From IMG/VR virus record IMGVR_UViG_3300021960_000027, positions 1 to 64,000 of that record: a stretch of 64,000 nucleotides of DNA; one strand, 5' to 3'. Positions 46,904 through 55,006 of this stretch are shown here, one piece after another. The notes beneath the pieces are model-generated. The model saw nothing but the letters and a program-made list of their open reading frames with translations. It was not told the DNA's origin and did no database searches. The translations under genes were made by a program, and so were the position numbers. Origin of the DNA: a virus. The first letter of the stretch is position 1. Each line of letters begins with the position of its first letter.

Positions 46904-47320
46904 GGGAAGACATTCCGCGTGGTAATGTCGTCCCGTGGTTCTCAACCTCATTGGTACATCACCTTCACTCCGGTGGTCGGGGTTCGCCCGTTATAGCGAC
47001 GTACGGTCGTGGGAGGTCGTTACACCCCACCGAAAGGCTAGTCGTACCTATCAGCCATAACGAGTCGATCACCAGCGTCGGGTTCCAAGGCGTGCCCGTT
47101 CCCCGACACTGATACGAGAACCATGCTGAGTCGACATATACCGGCAACGGATGTAAAACACGGTCATCATTGACTGTGGGGTAAAGCAGGGAAACCTGTG
47201 TGACACATCTCTGGGCTGACGGGAACCCATGCGGAGTTCAGCCCCAGACCCTCTGAGCGCGAAACCAGCCAGAGAAAGATTTATCTTTCTTTGTCGCGTT
47301 CAGGGGGGTCTGGGCACCCC
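46904..47320 (+). ncRNA. large structured non-coding element (unclassified)
   Basis: about 10 helices including long-range pairings, G-U pairs and GNRA loops (GAAA x2, GCAA). Confidence 0.65.
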
Positions 47321-47344
47321 ATCGGAGTTCAAGGGTAAGAGATA

Positions 47345-47378
47345 CTGTCAATAAGATTCTTTCTACTTCTAAGAGATG
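47345..47378 (+). promoter_or_regulatory. putative late promoter
   Basis: CTGTC-N21-AAGAGATG. Confidence 0.7.
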
Positions 47379-47404
47379 TAAGTATTTAAGTCTTTGGAGT
47401 TCTG

Positions 47405-47782
47405 ATGCCTGTTGTTCGTAATTTGGTTCGTAGTGCGTCTGGTGAAACCTATTATCATGCTTCTTTGTATGAATTCCGTCAGGGTGAGATCGTGAAGCCT
47501 GCGTCTCAGGGGTTGAAGGCGAATTGGAACGAGACGAATCCTGAGTATGCGTATGCGATGAAGTCTCTTGATGATGCGTGGCGGTGGGCTGATAAGGGTC
47601 ATCAGAATCATGTGTATTACGATCATCAGGGCGAGTATTTGGCTTGTATGCATTGGCCGATGGTGTTTGAGGTGGTTGCGGTGAATCCTGCGGATGTTGT
47701 GGATGAGGATATGCCGTGGAGTGGTGTGATGTCGAAGTCTGGGTTTCGGGTAGTTCGCCAGATGCCTGATCCTGATTTGTGA
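47405..47782 (+). CDS. Arr-like (H-Y type) ADP-ribosyltransferase
   Basis: YYHAS...GEIVKP...AYAM..LDDA..WA...VFEV...S..GFRVV; basic N-terminal leader VRSAS. Confidence 0.65.
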   Translation: MPVVRNLVRSASGETYYHASLYEFRQGEIVKPASQGLKANWNETNPEYAYAMKSLDDAWRWADKGHQNHVYYDHQGEYLACMHWPMVFEVVAVNPADVVDEDMPWSGVMSKSGFRVVRQMPDPDL

Positions 47783-47784
47783 TA

Positions 47785-47819
47785 CTGTCTGCGTGGTAGT
47801 TTTAACTGGATAAGAGTTG
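47785..47819 (+). promoter_or_regulatory. putative late promoter
   Basis: CTGTC-N22-AAGAGTTG. Confidence 0.7.
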
Positions 47820-47842
47820 TACCGCACAACCTTGAGGTCTTT

Positions 47843-49252
47843 ATGAAAACATTGTTTGATCTGATTCCTGAACCCAACGAAAGTCGTTCTGCTTCGCTCA
47901 AAACTGCGATTAGCGTTCCAAAAGATTTTCCTGTTCAGCCAGACCCAAACGGTAATGCGACTTGTGGTGTGTGTGGGTTGTCTTGGGATGACGATGTTGT
48001 GACATCGTTTACGCCCGTTCCCGCTGGTCGTTGTCCTTTTGAATATTTCCATGAAGATTGGGACGAAGAGGACGATGAGGACGATGAGTTTTCGTCTTAT
48101 GCTTCGCGCAAGACGGCGGGTGATTATTCTCATTGGAATGAAGAAGCAGATCGAATGCGGTATTTGGATGAGAAGGATTACGAGCCAGACCCGTATGACT
48201 CTTATGAATCTTCTGGCGGTTATGACCATTGGGACGAAGAGGACGAAGATGACATTGAGTCACTGAGTTCTCGCAAAGTTGCTGGCGATGCTCCCGTGTG
48301 TCAAATCTGTAGTGGCACGGGTGCAGGAGTACAATTTTCTATGTTTCCTCAGGTTGAGGGATATTCGTTTGGTGAGATTTGCGTTGATTGTGAAGAGCGG
48401 TTGGCGATTGAGCAGTCGGAACTTTCAGCGGATGACGATCTTTCTTTGATGTACGGTGCGTCACGCAAGACTGCTGGCGCAATGCTTCAGATTGTTTGGG
48501 AAAACGATAAGGGTGACCCAGAAGTCCACAGGGCTGGTTGCGGTAATCTTGCTAAGTACAAGAGGGGCGTTGACAATCCGACGGAGTATGCGTCACTGAA
48601 AGATGTGACGTTTGATATCTATCCTCCCGATGATTTTGGGTATGACGAGGGCGATTGGGAGATTTATGCTCCGAAGGTTCACAGTTGCGTGAAAGGATTG
48701 CCGAAGACTGCCGGTCTGCTTATCTACAAGATTGAGACACCTAAGGGTGTTCTTCCTTACGATTTTGAGACTGAGCAAGATGCCAAAGATTTTGCGATGG
48801 CAAGTTTGTCTTGGACAGGAACGAAGTATCGAATCATCAAGAAGCGCAGGGTCGCCGGTAGTAAAGTTTCTGCTTGGGATGCGCCTTCTGAAAATGACCA
48901 GTATGACGCACCGATGCATTCAAAGATGTATCCAGAGATTGTGATTTATGCTCCGGGCACAATGGCCGCGACAATTATTGTCCCCGATTATTACGCAGAT
49001 AAGTGGATTCCAAAAGAATTGCTTATTTCTCCAAGCGTTACTCGCGTGAAGGCTGGAGCGCATTTTGATGTCTATCCAATCAGTGTTGATGGATACGCTT
49101 TCTCTGAGGGTATGCCAATCGATATCCCTCTAGCGTTCATTCCCGGTTTGGCTGATGAGTGGAGCGGAAGTTCTCAGCAGTGGCATTTGGATGAAATGAA
49201 TCGTCTGTATGGCACTGATTACAAGTTTAAGACTGTTGCGAAGCGGAGGTAA
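47843..49252 (+). CDS. polyprotein with SRKTAG linkers
   Basis: SLKTA, ASRKTAG x2, SSRKVAG, PKTAG and RRVAG separate ~30-90 aa modules. Confidence 0.75.
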   Translation: MKTLFDLIPEPNESRSASLKTAISVPKDFPVQPDPNGNATCGVCGLSWDDDVVTSFTPVPAGRCPFEYFHEDWDEEDDEDDEFSSYASRKTAGDYSHWNEEADRMRYLDEKDYEPDPYDSYESSGGYDHWDEEDEDDIESLSSRKVAGDAPVCQICSGTGAGVQFSMFPQVEGYSFGEICVDCEERLAIEQSELSADDDLSLMYGASRKTAGAMLQIVWENDKGDPEVHRAGCGNLAKYKRGVDNPTEYASLKDVTFDIYPPDDFGYDEGDWEIYAPKVHSCVKGLPKTAGLLIYKIETPKGVLPYDFETEQDAKDFAMASLSWTGTKYRIIKKRRVAGSKVSAWDAPSENDQYDAPMHSKMYPEIVIYAPGTMAATIIVPDYYADKWIPKELLISPSVTRVKAGAHFDVYPISVDGYAFSEGMPIDIPLAFIPGLADEWSGSSQQWHLDEMNRLYGTDYKFKTVAKRR

Positions 49253-49255
49253 GCA

Positions 49256-49546
49256 GTGGCTAACTATGAGGTTTTGAAATCAAAGCATGCTTCGTTGTCT
49301 ACTACTAACGAGGATGTTGTGACGGTGCTTGGTTCGATTCGCACGATTACCGTGCTGAACCACGATGCGTCAAACCTTTTGTATTTCAATGTTGGTGCAG
49401 TTGATCCGGGTGCAGTTACTTCTGCCGCGGACAATTCTTACTGTGTTCCCGTGAGCGGTGAGGTGACTGTTAAGTTGTCTTCACACGGTGCGGTTGTCCG
49501 TCTTATTGGAAGCGGAAACGCTTACTCTGTTCAAGCAATTCAATAA
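49256..49546 (+). CDS. small beta-sandwich structural-like protein
   Basis: 96 aa; ITVLN..., YSVQA. Confidence 0.6.
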   Translation: MANYEVLKSKHASLSTTNEDVVTVLGSIRTITVLNHDASNLLYFNVGAVDPGAVTSAADNSYCVPVSGEVTVKLSSHGAVVRLIGSGNAYSVQAIQ

Positions 49547-49557
49547 AGGAATACCTA

Positions 49558-50142
49558 ATGGCTCTTAAATTAGTTCATGCAGGTCAAAATAATAATTTGA
49601 CCATGACGGTCACTTCACAAGGTTCTTCCTTGGTAGTTGTCAATTTGACTCCCGACTTTGGTCAAATGCTTCCAAGTGGCAGTTCTTTTAGTAACAGTAT
49701 TGCTCTTGATCGGAGCAAGGGTGCCGATTTCAACGTCAAGTATGTTTTGGACATTCTTGAGAAAGAATTGCGAGCAGTTTTTTCTAAAAACGAAGAGGGT
49801 TCAACGACTGCCTCTCGCAAAACTTCAGCACAGGCCGACCAGTTTTATCAAGACCTGTTCGTCACCGCGATGGAGGGTGGAGTTAATTTTTGGGCAGAGG
49901 TACAGGACTACGATCCGAGCAATCTTACTGCCACTCTGATTGACCTCATGGACGGGAAGAAGTACGAGGTAAATCGTTCAACTCTTCTTAAAGGGTACAA
50001 GTTGGCTCAAAATACTCCTTCTCACTGGTGGTCAATCGACAACAAGCCCCCAATGATTCCTAATGAAGAATGGGATTATGACGCTTGGGATGCCAACCTC
50101 GTTGTTCAGTTGGGTCTGTTTGAAGACATGGTGTACGGCTAA
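49558..50142 (+). CDS. two-module protein with ASRKTSA linker
   Basis: second module TAMEGG.N.WA...DA.DA..VVQLGLF...VYG. Confidence 0.7.
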   Translation: MALKLVHAGQNNNLTMTVTSQGSSLVVVNLTPDFGQMLPSGSSFSNSIALDRSKGADFNVKYVLDILEKELRAVFSKNEEGSTTASRKTSAQADQFYQDLFVTAMEGGVNFWAEVQDYDPSNLTATLIDLMDGKKYEVNRSTLLKGYKLAQNTPSHWWSIDNKPPMIPNEEWDYDAWDANLVVQLGLFEDMVYG

Positions 50143-50144
50143 CC

Positions 50145-50387
50145 ATGTTTACTGCTCCCCGTCCATCTTTTTCTGGGGAGACAGCATGGCTAGGTTTAAT
50201 TGCTTACGTCTTTGCGTATGACATCATTGCGCTTAGGTCTGGAAGGTCAACGTTAAGCGCGGCGTTCTACAACGGTGTTCAAAAGAAGCATTCTGCGTTT
50301 CTTTTGATCTTGGCGTGGGGCGCACTCACAGGTCACCTGTTCCATCTCATCCCCAGAAAGTACGATGTGTTCCACATCCTTGATTGA
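50145..50387 (+). CDS. small membrane protein
   Basis: AW...YD...TLS.AF...L..HL...YD; two TM segments. Confidence 0.65.
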   Translation: MFTAPRPSFSGETAWLGLIAYVFAYDIIALRSGRSTLSAAFYNGVQKKHSAFLLILAWGALTGHLFHLIPRKYDVFHILD

Positions 50388-50392
50388 TTGCC

Positions 50393-50527
50393 ATGAAGTC
50401 GTTTATCACATTCAAAGTTGATGCCCCGAAGAAAAAGCGTCCCGGCGTTCACGCCAAACGCGGTCAATCAGCAATGCCTGCATCGAAGAAGTACAAGAAG
50501 AAGTACCGAGGTCAGGGGCGACCGTAG
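50393..50527 (+). CDS. 44-aa highly basic peptide (KKYRGQG type)
   Basis: MKSFITFKVDAPKKKRPGVHAK...KKYRGQGRP*. Confidence 0.6.
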   Translation: MKSFITFKVDAPKKKRPGVHAKRGQSAMPASKKYKKKYRGQGRP

Positions 50528-50528
50528 T

Positions 50529-50774
50529 TCAGCGTAAGTGCCTTTCGATGCATTCACGACAACAGCGGGGATGAAGATCACCTAGCCGAGTTCCCTTTTT
50601 ATGGATAACTGGCGATACTTCTGTGTCAAGCCGGAGGCTCTTGTTGCACCTTGCGTATCGGTCTTTCCCAACCATGTTGACAATGTGATATGTTTCGTCC
50701 CAGTGGGATGCAGATGCCCAACGAGAACGTTCGGCAGGTAGAAGCCGAATCTGTTTGTAAGTTAGGTCGTTCAT
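50529..50774 (-). CDS. hypothetical Zn-binding protein
   Basis: YH...ARC...CCREC; TTGACA upstream at 50807-50812. Confidence 0.55.
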   Translation of the reverse strand: MNDLTYKQIRLLPAERSRWASASHWDETYHIVNMVGKDRYARCNKSLRLDTEVSPVIHKKGTRLGDLHPRCCRECIERHLR

Positions 50775-50842
50775 AATCCAAAAGTTTGATAGAACATTCT
50801 TGATCTTGTCAAGCGCAGTTAGTAGCGACTACCAGCAATGAT

Positions 50843-50871
50843 TTGCACATAGGGTCTAAGGGGGGTAACAT
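50843..50871 (+). promoter_or_regulatory. sigma70-like promoter, leaderless
   Basis: TTGCAC-N17-TAACAT, 7 nt before ATG 50879. Confidence 0.7.
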
Positions 50872-50878
50872 CTTGACC

Positions 50879-52813
50879 ATGACAACCGCCGAACTCGTTT
50901 CATATCTTGATGCAATCGGCATCATCGCCAACGCAATGCCAGTCTACGAAGAGCGACCAGAGCAAAACCAACTTGCTCAATCTATTGAATCTGCGCTGGC
51001 AGACGAAGTTACACTGATCGCCCAAGGCGGGTGCGGGGTCGGCAAATCATTTGCCTCTCTTCTTCCAGCAATCGTGTCTCGCAAAAAGACTGTGTATGCA
51101 ACAGCGACCAAGGCTTTGCAAGATCAAATCGCCAACAAAGACTTGCCGTTCCTCTCCCAGCATTTCGATTTCAACTTTGCAATCGTCAAAGGTAGGTCGA
51201 ACTACGTCTGCATGAACGAAGTTCACAACTTGGACGACGAGTTATTGAAGTCTTCAGTCCTGAATAGCATCGAATCGAACCCAGACATGGAGGGTGTCGA
51301 AGCAGACTTTCCGAACATTGATATGGGTGAATGGAAAGACCTCACCGTTTCTGCCGAAGATTGCCTTGGCTCTGCCTGCCCATTTTTTGAAAATTGTTTT
51401 TCAGAGCGTGCCCGTCAGCGAGCAAAGACTGCCGACATCGTTGTGGTCAATCACTCGGTGCTTGTCTTTGATGCGCTCGTCGCTTCTCTGGGGGTGACCG
51501 CAAGCGGAGAGCGGTTGGGCATGATTGGCGATTACGACCAACTTATTGTTGATGAGGCTCACGAACTTGAGTCATACACAACGAACGCTCTTGGGTCGTC
51601 GCTTTCTGAGGGGACATTCTCTCAACTGTGTTCTTCGTACAACTCTGCGATGCATCGTGTTGATGAAGATGTGTCAAAGAGCGTTGGTCAAATTATGGAC
51701 TTGGTAAAGCGACTGTTTAAGTCTTTGCCAGAGGGACGGGTTACGTCTGAGTTTGCTGAAACCAAGCGCGGTCTTGTTGAGGAACTTTGCGAGTGCCTGA
51801 CTAACTCGGCAGAGAAACTTTCTCAGTCAGTACCTGTCGGTGCGCCGTCAACTGTTTCAAATCGCGTCAAGCAACTTCGGCGCAGGTTTGATTCGGCGGT
51901 GCAAAAGTTGCGTTTCTTTATTGATGGTGACGACGACAAGATTGTTCGCTTTGTAGAGATCGACCGAAACGAAAACGCCCGACTTGAAATTAAGCCCATT
52001 CACGTTGGCGAGTGGCTTAACGATTTTGTGTGGAGCCAATGCACTCCTGTTTTGATGTCTGCGACAATTCTTATCGATGGGTCACCGACATACATCGCTG
52101 ATCGGCTTGGAATCGAATCTGGTCGTGCTGTCGATTCTGGTTCTCCGTTTGATTGGAGCCGTCAAGGAATCTTGTATGTTCCGTCAACTGACGATATCTG
52201 TGAGCCACTTGGTGAGCGAGTTGCCAACTGGCGACAGCAGTCAATCAAGGTGATGGGAGAATTGATTGAAGAATCGGACGGGGGTGCGCTCGTCCTCTTT
52301 ACTTCGTACACAGATATGAAGAATGCGTATGAGGCTCTTGCTGATTCGATTCCTCACCGAGTCTTGATGCAAGGTGATGCTCCTGTCGTTCAACTTGCAG
52401 ACGAATTCCGCAAGGACAGGAACTCTGTTCTGTTCGCTACTCGCTCGTTTTTTACTGGCATGGACATTCAAGGGGATTCTCTCCGTCTTGTCATCATCAG
52501 CAAGATGCCGTTTCCCGTTCCAACTGAGCCGGTGTTTGAGGCTCGCTGTAGCCAGATTGAGCGAAACGGTGGCAACGCTTTCTTTGACATGTCTATCCCA
52601 GAGATGTCTCTTGTTCTTCAGCAGGGGTTTGGTCGGCTGATTCGCTCAAAGAATGATGACGGAGTCGTCGCCATTCTTGATCCTCGCCTGAAAACAAAGC
52701 GGTATGGCTCAACTGTACTGCGCTCCCTTCCCCCAGTTTCTATGACATCAGACCTGAACGTGACCAAGGCATACCTTCGCTCACTGTCGGGAAAAGATAG
52801 TTCTATGATTTGA
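50879..52813 (+). CDS. dinG: DinG/YoaA-family Fe-S helicase
   Basis: GVGKS, KGRSNYVC, C...CP...CF, DEAH, QGFGRLIR. Confidence 0.9.
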   Translation: MTTAELVSYLDAIGIIANAMPVYEERPEQNQLAQSIESALADEVTLIAQGGCGVGKSFASLLPAIVSRKKTVYATATKALQDQIANKDLPFLSQHFDFNFAIVKGRSNYVCMNEVHNLDDELLKSSVLNSIESNPDMEGVEADFPNIDMGEWKDLTVSAEDCLGSACPFFENCFSERARQRAKTADIVVVNHSVLVFDALVASLGVTASGERLGMIGDYDQLIVDEAHELESYTTNALGSSLSEGTFSQLCSSYNSAMHRVDEDVSKSVGQIMDLVKRLFKSLPEGRVTSEFAETKRGLVEELCECLTNSAEKLSQSVPVGAPSTVSNRVKQLRRRFDSAVQKLRFFIDGDDDKIVRFVEIDRNENARLEIKPIHVGEWLNDFVWSQCTPVLMSATILIDGSPTYIADRLGIESGRAVDSGSPFDWSRQGILYVPSTDDICEPLGERVANWRQQSIKVMGELIEESDGGALVLFTSYTDMKNAYEALADSIPHRVLMQGDAPVVQLADEFRKDRNSVLFATRSFFTGMDIQGDSLRLVIISKMPFPVPTEPVFEARCSQIERNGGNAFFDMSIPEMSLVLQQGFGRLIRSKNDDGVVAILDPRLKTKRYGSTVLRSLPPVSMTSDLNVTKAYLRSLSGKDSSMI

Positions 52814-52838
52814 CTCTGTCACACCCATCCTGTACTAT
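52810..52838 (+). promoter_or_regulatory. sigma70-like promoter
   Basis: TTGACT-N17-TACTAT. Confidence 0.7.
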
Positions 52839-52868
52839 TTGAATATGACACAAAAAGGAGACACCAGC

Positions 52869-53534
52869 ATGAATGCAACCACCGCCATCGAAGCCGTCGA
52901 AAAGGGCACGATTCCCTTTGGAGATTTTCTCCGTACGGTCGCTAAGAAAGAATCATCTGTTGAAACTTCTGTCGACCTTCCTTCACCAACGGTCATCTCA
53001 CCTGAGGTTCGTGCAGAAATTGTCAAGTTTGTTTCTGAAACTCTCGGAAACGGAATCACCCCATCTGAGCGTCGCCCGCTGACGGCAGAAGAAGTGGTGT
53101 CGCTCATGGAAGAGCGTTTGATGATTGACAAGATTGATTCAATCATTAAGGATCGCAAAGACTCTCATCGGAGTGCAATCTTCAACCACATGGACATTGA
53201 AGACGAGTCCGTTGGCAACTTTGGTGAGCGCGACAGCAAGGGTCATCTCTTGAACAAGTCCGCTGTCATTGCAAGTGGCACTGGCAAGAAGTTCACCCGT
53301 GAGATTCGTACCTCATCTCCTTCGCTCTCTGCGGAAGACCTTGAGCAGATGGTCAACGACCCATCGGTTGATTTCACTCACGACGACTACCTTGCCTGCA
53401 CCACTCAGGTTCGTGCGCTGGATGAGGCAAAGGTTTTGCTTCACCTTCGCAAGCGTCCAGAAATTGTTGACGCTCTTGCAAAGGCGACAAAGGTCGGCTC
53501 GCAAACGAGCGCACTTTACGTTCGTAAGGGTTAG
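52869..53534 (+). CDS. hypothetical protein
   Basis: AAGGAG RBS; RDSKGH motif. Confidence 0.7.
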   Translation: MNATTAIEAVEKGTIPFGDFLRTVAKKESSVETSVDLPSPTVISPEVRAEIVKFVSETLGNGITPSERRPLTAEEVVSLMEERLMIDKIDSIIKDRKDSHRSAIFNHMDIEDESVGNFGERDSKGHLLNKSAVIASGTGKKFTREIRTSSPSLSAEDLEQMVNDPSVDFTHDDYLACTTQVRALDEAKVLLHLRKRPEIVDALAKATKVGSQTSALYVRKG

Positions 53535-53641
53535 TCCACTGGCGACATTTGTCGCAGTGCATTATTCTCGGCGTAGTGGGAGGTGTTTCAGTCTTCTACC
53601 TCCCACTACGTCGATTTTGTAGATCAGTCAGTGAGGGAAAT

Positions 53642-54004
53642 GTGAAGTCAGTAGAGCGGATGTTGATTCAGCCAGAGGGCATTGATCCATCCACCATGAT
53701 GTTTGAAAGTTTGTCAGAATCAGCAAAGCAACCGACGTTTACTACAGGAGAGGTTGCAAAATTATTCTTCGGTCGTTCAGTGCATTGGTTTCGTTGGAGA
53801 ATTCGTAAGGGCGACACCATGCTTGATGGAGTAGAGGTTGAAGTTCATCGCGATGAGTCAACAAAGATTCGTGCATACTCACTGAGCGACATTGAGAAGA
53901 TTGCTCACGGGCTGGCATCCAACAGTGCTATTAGCCCAACTCAACTGATTCAATGCCTTCGCATTTTGCGAGCGCAGGGAATCCTTCACGATTTAATTTA
54001 TTAA
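53642..54004 (+). CDS. MerR-like HTH DNA-binding protein
   Basis: FTTGEVAKLFFGRS.HW.RW, R.YSL.DIE. Confidence 0.65.
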   Translation: MKSVERMLIQPEGIDPSTMMFESLSESAKQPTFTTGEVAKLFFGRSVHWFRWRIRKGDTMLDGVEVEVHRDESTKIRAYSLSDIEKIAHGLASNSAISPTQLIQCLRILRAQGILHDLIY

Positions 54005-54014
54005 GGAGAAGCAG

Positions 54015-54590
54015 ATGGTTTCAGAATCACAGAAGTTGCCCGGACCGAGATGTAGAGAAATGGTTGACGGTGGTGTCATGTCATTTCCATGCATGCTTGA
54101 CTTGGGGCACATCGGTCCGCACGAAGCAGTAGAGGTTCCTGCGTCTGGTCGTCGTCGTCAACTTTGGCTTGAGGAAAATGTTTCTGAGCAACAGCCTGTT
54201 ACCGCAAGTCAGCCACAACAAGAACAGCCCAGCCCTAGCGTGGACATTAGGCAAACGGTCATTGACCTTTTAATGAATGATGCCAGTGTTCGTCAGATTG
54301 CTAACGGAGAGGTTTCTCATCCAGTATTAGACATTGAACACATCAACCCACAGCATGTGCGAGAGCAGGCTGTTATGGCTGTCCTCAATAATCGTGACAT
54401 TAATGCTCTTCCCGCGGCAGTTTCTTCTTGGGCGACGGGTATGGTTTCAATGACCAGCCTGTCTGCACTTTGGATGATGGCTCAAGAACACTTTAACAAT
54501 GGGCACTCCGCTGTTGTTTTAACAAAGGAATTCGTTGAGAAACTTGTTCCAACACAAATTCGACCAGCACAAACTGACGAAGGAGAATAG
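54015..54590 (+). CDS. hypothetical protein
   Basis: AAGGAG RBS; C...C...GH.GPH. Confidence 0.65.
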   Translation: MVSESQKLPGPRCREMVDGGVMSFPCMLDLGHIGPHEAVEVPASGRRRQLWLEENVSEQQPVTASQPQQEQPSPSVDIRQTVIDLLMNDASVRQIANGEVSHPVLDIEHINPQHVREQAVMAVLNNRDINALPAAVSSWATGMVSMTSLSALWMMAQEHFNNGHSAVVLTKEFVEKLVPTQIRPAQTDEGE

Positions 54591-55006
54591 TGAAACATTT
54601 CGACACTGAGTTAGACAAACAGTCTTCTTACCGCCGAGTAGTCGAAAAGGAAATCGTTCAGGAAGTAAAGCCTGAGCCACAGATCAAGCAGTCGTTTGTT
54701 GCGCCCAGCAACTCTCAGACTCACGCCTTTTCTCATCCAGAACAATGGAACTGGGAGCAATTACGAGATTACGTTGTGTCTCAAATTGAGCAACGCTTTG
54801 GGGCATTCCCACGCGATCCGGTAGTAGAAGCATCAATCTTTCGCTCGTTCTACGGTCGGTGGAAAGAGAAGTCTGGATTAATTGCTGTCGCGGCATTTGA
54901 GGCGCATGGTGGGTACTGGCGTTCTGCCCCGATTACGGTCAGTCGTTTTACCAAGGGTTCGGATGATTATTTTGCAAGCATCATTGCATCTAATATTTCC
55001 GCATGA
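54590..55006 (+). CDS. hypothetical replication-region protein
   Basis: WNW..LRDYV, IF.SF..RW, RF.K.SD.YFA. Confidence 0.65.
   Translation: MKHFDTELDKQSSYRRVVEKEIVQEVKPEPQIKQSFVAPSNSQTHAFSHPEQWNWEQLRDYVVSQIEQRFGAFPRDPVVEASIFRSFYGRWKEKSGLIAVAAFEAHGGYWRSAPITVSRFTKGSDDYFASIIASNISA

Noticed and set aside
46985-47015. Group II intron domain V (ACGTACGGTC-like tract)
   Set aside because: No proper catalytic-triad hairpin with GNRA loop, no GUGYG 5' end, no RT ORF and no interrupted gene.
47405-47782. Rifampicin-resistance gene arr
   Set aside because: Only fold-level motif similarity; context points to a phage effector, so no gene symbol was assigned.
47369-48229. 286-aa minus-strand ORF
   Set aside because: Shadow of the G/T-rich plus-strand genes; Arg/Ile/His-rich with no RBS or motif.
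52816-52860. Additional late-promoter copies at CTGTC 52816 and 46259
   Set aside because: Both lie in spacers of good sigma70 promoters and lack AAG(AG) at the 20-23 nt spacing.
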